Source of the DNA: Balanoglossus misakiensis
Lineage: Eukaryota; Animalia; Hemichordata
DNA length: 64,000 nt
Assembly: GCA_040954595.2 (NCBI GenBank)
Contig: CM082594.2
Coordinates: 8,563,573-8,627,572 of the forward strand
Reading direction: 5' to 3'
Below the pieces are notes generated by a model. The model did not search any database, was not told the DNA's origin, and saw only the letters and a program-made list of their open reading frames with translations. Shown one piece after another: positions 55,392 to 64,000 of the stretch (positions within the stretch are counted from its first letter, which is position 1; every line of letters starts with the position of its first letter). A program made the position numbers and the translations under genes.

Positions 55392-56488
55392 CTACATGTA
55401 TCTGACGTTTTCTTCGATGAAGGCACCGGTTTGTCCTCTTGCGTCGAACGGTTTCTCGTTCACGATGACTTCATACGGTGGTGGTTCGTCGCTCGTTTCC
55501 TTAACATCGACCTCGTTGGTACAACATGACTGCTTACGACAAAGACGTGGACAGATTACACATGAACAGAAACCGGCCCAATAACATACGATCACTGCTG
55601 CAACGACGACAGCTATGACGAACAATATGAAGGCAATGAGTACAACGGTAGTTATCAACCATCCACTGCATTTGAAAATAAAAAGAATAAAATTAGGAAG
55701 GTCATGAACATGTATAACTTTTCCACATTGATTTTGTCAATTTGACAAAATGATTGATGGTAAATATGAAAGCTGGTCATCACAATTGAAGCCAGCCTTT
55801 TTTGTCCAGGAGCAGAGACGCCTACCAGTTTGGCAGTTTAACTATCCACAAACACTCAGTAGGGTAAATGTGCTTGATATTACGGTCCACATTTTGACAT
55901 TTTTTTCAGTTAAAATAAAACAGCGTTCTTATATTTTTTGTCACACTGTTTTACCTCGGACCATCGATACCGGCATCGAAGTAATCTTCATAATAATCTT
56001 CGTCAGAGTCGTCGTAGTCGTCATCGTCGTCATCGCGGTCCCGACAGCAACGAAAGATGCCTTCACCACTACGGCTATCATTAAAGCCCCGACAGCAAAT
56101 CACGTGATACTTGGTGTCGTTGCCACGGGGACAGAAGAAAAAGGGAAAATCGTCCGGGCATTCGTTCACCTCGTCCGATGCTATCACTGATGGCACTGAA
56201 AGATAATGGACAGTCAGTGTAAACTGAAAGACAATCCCAATATAGGTCGCGCTGAAGATTGTATAATAGGCCTAAAAGGCATGTCCAAAAATGTCACCTG
56301 TCGTCCATTTTCCTTCTATAGCTATTAGATCATTTTGTGTCGTCAGGATAATATCGTTCAACCCGGAGATCAACTTTTCAATTTCTCAACAACGTTCAGA
56401 GACGGTACTTACCACAAAACAGTGCGAGGACAAAAAGTCCGACCAGGATGAGAGGTGATTTCTGTACAGAATAACTCATGCAATTCAT
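55392..56488 (-). CDS. Shisa-like six-cysteine single-pass membrane protein, copy B (acidic stalk, PPPY motif)
   Basis: Exons 56413-56488, 55955-56195 (CPDDFPFFFCPRGNDTKYHVICC..RCC then D/E/Y stalk), 55392-55665 (TM, Cys cluster, DEPPPYE). Confidence 0.82.
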
Positions 56489-57714
56489 GTTGATAATAAC
56501 GTCTGGTGCTCTACTTCAATACGATCAAAGATCAAAAGAATAGTACTGCAAGTAACGTATTTGAATATTGGACTGTGAATTTCCTTAAATGAAGATTCCG
56601 CGTATATCACAAAGTTGATAATCTCTAATGTGCAATGGAATAGTCTGTAATAGTCTATACTGTCTAATCGTATAGACGTGATATCGCATATGATTCCTGT
56701 GGTTAATGTTATCTGTCTGTCTGCCTGGTTCCTCTCGGGCGCTTCGTCTGCCCGTGACTAAGTTTTCGGCAATGTTTTAAATATCTTTCAATATCAGGTT
56801 TTATGGTAAGCTACCATACAATGACGTCATTGGCGGCACACCTATGCAAGTTTAAACTGAGATCGCGAATCGTCATACAGCGTTGTACATGTATTGCTTT
56901 ACATTAAACTTTTTTTGTTATCAGTTGTTCACAGCCTTTAAAGTGCATAGTTAAAGATTTACAGTCTGAAATTGGCCGACTTTATCTCTAAGGCTAAATG
57001 AACTATTTGGTTGGATCAAAGGTTTGCAGTTTAAAACTGGACGTCTTTGCTATGCCAGTGTACGTTGGAGACAATATACAAATGTAACGGGTGTCTGTAG
57101 ATGCTTTGGCTATCATACACAATGACCCGCCTTGGGGTTCAGAACCCTCTTGTTCTCTTACTTATTTGCTAAAGAAATCGGGGTTCCTCGCTGATTTGGG
57201 GGAAAGGGACGATTTAAACATTTCAGTGACTGGTAGTACAAAACATGTGCCACCAAGGAACTGTATCGATGTCAGGTCACGCAACGGAAATCTGACGGAA
57301 GTAAAATCGCCCGTTGGCCATAATGGCGGACCTTTGATTTGCAGAGCGGATCAGCTTGACGTCACCCCAGAACGTGGTAAATTGAAATTCCTCCGTCGTT
57401 TTGCCAAATACAGTGGTTTTACATACATTAAGCAACACACTATGAATGGAAACAATCAAATTTATTGTCTCTGTACACAACCACACATTAAATAGGATAC
57501 AATTATTTATGTAAGTTCAAAGCAAGAGAAAATGTTTTTTCTTGTTCTCTTCTGAAACGTTCGAACTAGGTAACTTGAAGTATTCGAGAAATATAAAGTA
57601 ACCGTTCTTCGAATGCTACTGCAAGTACATTGTTGCCGGGAAAATTGTGTCATCAAAAATACCACGACTTCAAGTAGCCTCGTCTCCACTGATTACTAGA
57701 ATCACGTTTCGTCA

Positions 57715-58362
57715 TTCATTTCGTCACGAGTATTTCTTGTCTTGAACAACGACGACATGGCTGTTGCTGGTTTCATACTCATAGACATGAACTTGGTTTT
57801 CAGCGCGCGTTTTACTCCTGTCTCCATGGAAATACGAATGACAACATTTCAAGCATGCACAGAAACCGCAGCAGACAGCAATCATCACCAACATACCAAC
57901 GAAGGCTACGAACAATAGGATGCAAACTAGAAAGATCAACCAGTCCCTGTAGATATTGAAAAAAGAAAGAAATGACGGTCATCAGCCGCACCTAGATGTC
58001 TGTTCATTTACATGTCTACTGAACATTGTTTTTATATTTCATTTCGTCACGAGTATTTCTTGTCTTGAACAACGACGACATGGCTGTTGCTGGTTTCATA
58101 CTCATAGACATGAACTTGGTTTTCAGCGCGCGTTTTACTCCTGTCTCCATGGAAATACGAATGACAACATTTCAAGCATGCACAGAAACCGCAGCAGACA
58201 GCAATCATCACCAACATACCAACGAAGGCTACGAACAATAGGATGCAAACTAGAAAGATCAACCAGTCCCTGTAGATATTGAAAAAAGAAAGAAATGACG
58301 GTCATCAGCCGCACCTAGATGTCTGTTCATTTACATGTCTACTGAACATTGTTTTTATATTT
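57715..58362. repeat. Exact 323-bp tandem duplication containing the terminal exon of Shisa-like copy C
   Basis: 57715-58037 and 58038-58360 appear identical; identical 71-aa ORFs at 57724-57939 and 58047-58262. Confidence 0.95.
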
Positions 58363-59639
58363 TAAGTATTTGTATTCTGTGTTGGGAGACATTGTAAACC
58401 GAGAATTGAAGGGGGTGGGTTTGGGAGGGGGTGTCCCCCTCCCACATAAGAAAATTTTATAAAATACAGAGCTCAAAGCTGCATTTTAATGAACCCAGCA
58501 AAAGCAAATTAACGTCGGCGCTCAAAGTTATCATGGGGTGGGGGCAAGTCCCCTGACCTGGGACACTAGATAAACCAGTCAATGATTGAAAGGTGTTGAT
58601 GAATGGAGGGGGTGGGTGTGGGAGGGGGTGTCCCCCTCCCACATTAGAAAATTTTGTAAAATAAAGGACGCGAAACTGCATTTTTGTGGACTCAAAATAA
58701 ATATTTAGCCGTCAAAGTTTTCAATCCCCCCCCTTTCAGTCCCTATATAATAATCCCTTGATTATAAAATTTGTCCCCCCCTAAAAACTGCTTTGTAAAA
58801 GTAAACCCCCCCCCTCTGATTTCCACCGGCCCCCCCCCCTCCCTGTAAAAAACAAATGCTCCCTTAGTTATTCGGGGACAATCCGACCACATGTATATTG
58901 GTGATGTCGGCGCACTGTAGAAACAAGGACACTGTTTGTCTACGGGAGCACAGGTGCGCCTTCATAGATTAGATCATGAAGTTGAATGTATGAAATTCAA
59001 TTCCATCTATTTGTAACCACTGACAACTTTGGTGTCATCTCGACCGTCACATGAACTTTGTACCGCACCTGACGTAGTCTTCTGTACAGCAGCTAAACTC
59101 GTCGTAATGGTCCACACAACAGACCACTTGTTCGTCCGTGTCGTTCTCGCGAGGGCAGGAGTCAAACGACCATTCATCGGGGCATTCGTTGATCGCATCT
59201 AATGCTGTAGACGGCACTTGAAACGGGAATTAACAGGGAGCATTTATTTTACTTTACGAAGAAATATACTTACCAGTAGCAATGTTTTAATATTTCAATT
59301 TGCCATATTAAACAATTAAGACGGAACATCAAGCACACAGTCTATTTCAGAGGTTCAGAACAACACAAATGTACGTTACGCTTTGAAACATGGGGTCGGA
59401 AAAAAACAACGAAGGGTTGATAAAGTTAGTTATTTTTGAACAATAATTAACACTAGAGCTGCTGACATTGTAGTTGAATGATTCAACTTGTGTTGTTGTA
59501 AGCTGGCCTTTTTATTAATTTGTGTTAACGTTGTCGGTGTCGTTACCATGACATTTTACTTACCGTAAAACAGTGACAGAAGAAAAAGTCCCACTAAGGT
59601 GACTGAATACCACTGGATTCTGCCGTCGATGCACGTCAT
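58047..59639 (-). CDS. Shisa-like six-cysteine single-pass membrane protein, copy C
   Basis: Exons 59564-59639 (signal), 59069-59216 (CPDEWSFDSCPRENDTDEQVVCCVDHYDEFSCC), 58047-58269 (TM, CCGFCACLKCC). An identical alternative last exon lies at 57724-57946. Confidence 0.82.
58405..58865. mobile_element. Probable non-autonomous transposon remnant with G/C-run hairpins
   Basis: Two diverged ~90-bp direct repeats (about 58411-58500 and 58608-58697), each with hairpin TGGGAGGGG-GTGT-CCCCTCCCA; poly-C tracts; TIR-like end AAATGCTCCCTTA. Confidence 0.45.
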
Positions 59640-60388
59640 GATGATTGTACCGCGACTGGGTGTTTTACCGAGGGACACAGGACTGGCAAATAATTATCAG
59701 GAACCTTTATATTGCAGTATTAGGGTCAAAGCTTTCCAATTATATTTTTGGTGACTTTGCACGAATACTAGTTCCGTTTTCTCTCCAGATTGCAATGCGC
59801 TGATCAGCGAAAACCGAGGTCACTTGAACTTGTTCATTAATTGCACAGGAACGCTCTCCAGCATATCAACACTTTAAAACTCATCAATGAAATAACAAGT
59901 TTGTTTGATAGTCAGACGAAAACAAACTGTCACATTCTACGTTGCCAGTGACACACCTATAAACTGACCCGAATAATCTTTTCCAATCTGATTTTCTAAT
60001 ATTAACAAAACATTTGTTAATGTTTCAAAAATATTGTAAAAATGGTTTAGTCTCAGTGGTCTGGGTATGCCCTCTACGGCGGCAGTTGAAATTTGCGCGT
60101 TTGAACACGATGGGTGGGTCATTTCAAACAAATCTTTAATATCTTGACAAACCTTAATCTTGACAAAGTCATTTTTCGAATATTCCTACCGTAGCCTGTA
60201 CACAACCGTATGCGGCAGATTTTAAGGGGAACTTAATGCCAAAGCTTTCATCAATCACTAAAATGTTACATCTAATTGTGACTGGAACAAAATACAAAAT
60301 ACTGTAAATATATAAATATTGTAAATATTGATGAAATGCGACACAGGCCAAATCTATTGAAATCGTACGTCATGCATGACACCGAGGC

Positions 60389-60401
60389 TGGGGATTCCCC
60401 A
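60389..60401. promoter_or_regulatory. Palindromic NF-kB site upstream of CYLD
   Basis: TGGGGATTCCCCA, about 360 bp upstream of the CYLD ATG. Confidence 0.7.
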
Positions 60402-60761
60402 GCTTTTGCCGTTGAGCATGCGTTTTAACTCTATACCCTTCCGCTTTCATTCATTGTTGGTTTGTCGAATTGTGTTGTCCATCAGATAGCCAGCTTGTTT
60501 TTTGTGTGTATTTTGCGCCAAGATGATTTTATGAATTTCTGGTCGCCTTGATGTAGTATTCTGTGATTTAGAAAAGAATGCATCGATAATATACTGGTAC
60601 TATTTTAGTTGCATTGCGTAGGGATATAGTTCCGGTGCATATGTGGCGTGGTCGGACGGTAACCCGTGCGTTACTTACCAATGACTCTCGTGTACATCGA
60701 CATTGACGATGTAATGTAACTGACTGTGGGATTTTCTGGAACCAAAGAATTTGCAGACAGG

Positions 60762-63700
60762 ATGAGTAGGATGCCAAGTCCATACTTCATCCTGCTGAAG
60801 GATAAAATTGCGCCCAGCCAGGGTAGAACAGCTCTGGTGAACCGCCCAGAAGCTAAACCCAGGCAAGTGCTCCGAGGCACCCTGCTGGAAGAGGCTAGGG
60901 ATGCGAGAGGAAGGCCACACACTAGTGTTATTACTGGTCCAGGTGGTGAGAAACTGAAGTTTCGGTCTCTCGATCATGACAGTGTTCGTGTGGAATGTTC
61001 TCACGACGAGGTTGCACGACTATCTAGAGACGAAAAGGAATTACTGCAGGCATTGGTGACTCTCCGTGAACGCTATGACTTGTTCAACGATAGAACTAGG
61101 CTTGATCTAGGACTGATGATCAAGACAGATTCCATGGTATACGTCGATGTGCCGACACTGGTTCATAAGGCACCTGGAAAAGTAAGATACAAGGGACCGC
61201 TGCCAGGACTTCCAGGGACACAGTTTGGCGTTGAACTCTTGGTGAGAATAAGTGTTGTGTATTCTGACTTGCGGAGCCCCCTCTATATATCAATGGATAG
61301 GACACAGAGGCGTTGTCGTTGTATATACATGTACATGTATGTTGGTTCATTCACCTGGGCAGATGGTTGAAACATATTCCTTCCACAGGAGTGATAGTGG
61401 TTTGAGACAACAAGTAATGATAATCCATAGACAGTCTATGGTTAATCACATCACCTTGTACGGGCTTATATAAGTGTTACTTCTGTAACACTTGTCCTAT
61501 TGTATATTATTTGTGTGATTACGACTCCTCTTCTGATGCGAGCAGTTCTACTTTCTAGCGATTTGTTACCGAGTTGGCGAGAAACTTCCCTACAAAAATA
61601 GAAAACGCCACGATTTCGCTTTACGATGCTGTGAAGCTGAATGTTTCGGAGTTTTCGCGGTGCCTTATTAGAGATAAAAAATACCCCGCGTTTTGGAGAA
61701 GTGGTTATTTGTTTGGTCCCCTTTATAGTAGCTGACTGATTGTTGCGTCGCTTCGGCAGTGGATAAAAATAGTTCACGGGAAAACCCAGGCGTTTACCTT
61801 GCAGTGCTTACTCATTTGCATAACGCGACCCGTGTCACTTCCTGGTTAATCTTGCGCAGTCATTGACACAGGACTTTGTCTACATATGTATAACTAGGCA
61901 ACTGTAACAAATATCTGCTCATGTTTAGTGTCTACATGATACATATCTTTTGCTGCTTGCTTCTTGCATAGTTTACAAGTTATTTTGCTGAACAATTTTA
62001 TCATAAATGTCATGCAAGTTCTCGCATGTCTTACTTGAATAACATTCTTAGCTATTGTCTGGGTGAAAGCAAGGAAAACAATGGAAATATTCCCGAAATT
62101 CACATGTATATATTATTGTGAGATATCACTGTTGGAAAGCTTGATTAAAAGACTAGCTATTGAAACATATGAGACAGAAGTACCTATTTATTAGATATCT
62201 ATAGAGAAAGGCAAGGCAGTCGCGAAGTCCAAAGCGAAAATGATAATGCCAATGGAATTAAATTTGTATAAAGAAAAATCTCAAGTTATTATGGGTACCA
62301 CTTTTAATACAATACTAAAATATCAAACCAAGTCAATTCCACAAAAAACAAAACTGGAAATATTTGATTACAGGAGGTAGGGATCGGTTGACATACATCA
62401 GGCTTGAATTACTTTCACTTTGTCGGGTTTGTTGTTTGTATGTACGTGCCCACCCTCTGTTGTCAATTTGACCTGGTGTCACCAGTGTAGCATTCCATTT
62501 TCAAAAATGGAAAGAAATCTAAGGTATCTGATCTTTTTTGGTACGCAGGAAGTTACATATATATATCAGAACAGTAAAGCTCAATTACATATAATTTATT
62601 TTTATTTTATTTAGTCACTTTCTGATACATGTAATAACTATAGTGGGAGTGAGTGGGAAGTTGAGTTGACTATCTGGATTGAGCATTTGAAATACTAACT
62701 TATCTGTTCTTTTTTAATTCTAAGAATGACCGGGGCCAAGGAACCACCGATGGAACGTTCCGCAAACAAAGACTATTTCAATGTGAACAGGACTGTGGTG
62801 TGTTTGTCACACTTCAAAAACTCTCGGACACAGACAAGGCTGCGTCGCAAATAAAGGGCAGAGGAGCTGGGAGGGTGAAAAAGGAGGATGACGTAGAGGA
62901 GATTGTGGAGGGGATGAGGGTGGTCATATTCTGTGACGAGGATGGAGAAGAACGGCTCGAACATGGAACTGTGAAGTATATTGGTAAACCCAAGAAATTA
63001 AAAGGAGAGACATTCGTTGGAATTGAACTGGTAAGCCGTTGAAATATTTCAACATTTGAAGATGTCTCTCTGTCTCAAGTCAGTGTGCTTATTCATCACA
63101 CGCCTAATGTATTTCCTGTATGCAAATTTTCAGGACAACCCAGCTGGCTCAGGAAATGGAAAGTTTGATGGTGAAAAACTGTTTGTTGCTAAAAAAGATC
63201 ATGCTACTTTAGTTCCAATTGGTGCGGTGCTGCCTTATCAATATCTTCATGACAAAAAAGGTAACTTTGAACTTGGTTAAAGTCTATGAAGGGACAAATG
63301 CAAGTTAGATATTTCCAAGGAGAATTGATATAGTAAAGGGTTTGGTTCCACTGACTATTGCTAAAAGAATCTTATTCTGATAGTGTCATTTTTCAGCACA
63401 TTAATGTATGAAACCGAAGAAATAAAAAAAATGTCAAAATAGGCGGACTTTGCCCGTATGCTGTCAAAATGGGGTGATGCCCACAATGAATCATATCCAT
63501 TTTCCAAATGATGTCATCATTCACTCTTTTGGCTGACTGTCTTTGTTTGTTTATATTTGAATGATGTCATTGTATGTCAGAAACTCCAAGCAAAATTGCA
63601 TTGGTGAAGTAGAAGTAACCTCTGCTCAATGTACAATTATTGCACTAGCATAGATAGATTCTAGTGCAGTAGGTAAAAGTGTGCATGTTAACTAATGCAT

Positions 63701-63871
63701 AAGACAAGTAACAAGAATATAACTGTATGGCAGATGCAGGTCCTGTCCATCGTCCACAACCAACACCAGGCACAGGATCGCAGTCTGAACTTGTGCGGAG
63801 AGGTTTTGTAGATTCCAACAAGGAGCCAGATAGAAAGCAACACCAACATCCATATGCGACTCGAAGCAAAC
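60762..63871 (+). CDS. CYLD: Ubiquitin carboxyl-terminal hydrolase CYLD, N-terminal CAP-Gly region; gene continues off the right edge
   Basis: Exons 60762-61241, 62725-63030, 63134-63260, 63734-63871: ELLQALVTLRERYDLF..RLDLGL..GKVRYKGPLPG..FGVELL NDRGQGTTDGTF..LFQCEQDCGVFVTLQKL (CAP-Gly 1), GTVKYIG..FVGIELDNPAGSGNGKFDG (CAP-Gly 2). USP domain not in window. Confidence 0.9.
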
Positions 63872-64000
63872 GTGAGTATCACAGATTCCCACAGTGAAAG
63901 GGTCTACTGAGAAGTGAAACTGATAGTAAGAAATGACACTGGTTGGTCATCTTGTTTTATTTAAAGAATATATGACTCATAGACGTGCGTGTAAAAATTA

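Noticed and set aside
57091-57495. 134-aa plus-strand ORF between Shisa-like genes
   Set aside because: GTG start, no recognisable motif or splice context.
58845-59255. About 19-bp inverted repeats flanking exon 2 of Shisa-like C (possible skipping or circularisation signal)
   Set aside because: Short, imperfect and AT-rich; one arm is a repeat end and the other overlaps the acceptor region.

Overview
Eukaryotic, intron-rich, AT-rich animal DNA, inferred to be an invertebrate deuterostome (possibly a hemichordate) from single copies of families duplicated in vertebrates. It is very gene-dense. Gene order: SLC25A39/40 (5' part, -), an intronless RING/B-box/coiled-coil TRIM (+), NDRG (-), EDEM2 (+) with a complete C1q/collagen gene nested antisense in one intron, CCDC102 (-), TANGO6 (-), DSEL (+), TMX3 (-), PFDN4 (+), VPS16 (-), tRNA-Leu(CAG), a CD225/dispanin gene (+), three tandem Shisa-like six-cysteine membrane-protein genes (-), and the 5' part of CYLD (+). 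Highlights: U12 minor introns in neighbouring PFDN4 (AT-AC) and VPS16 (GT-AG); GC-AG introns in TANGO6 and DSEL; CCDC102-DSEL-TMX3 linkage matching human 18q22; a palindromic NF-kB site upstream of CYLD; an exact 323-bp duplication of a terminal exon; a candidate NDRG microexon; uORFs before SLC25A40. Gene identities come from recalled protein motifs and manual splicing, not database searches. Spliced CDS coordinates span start to stop including introns.
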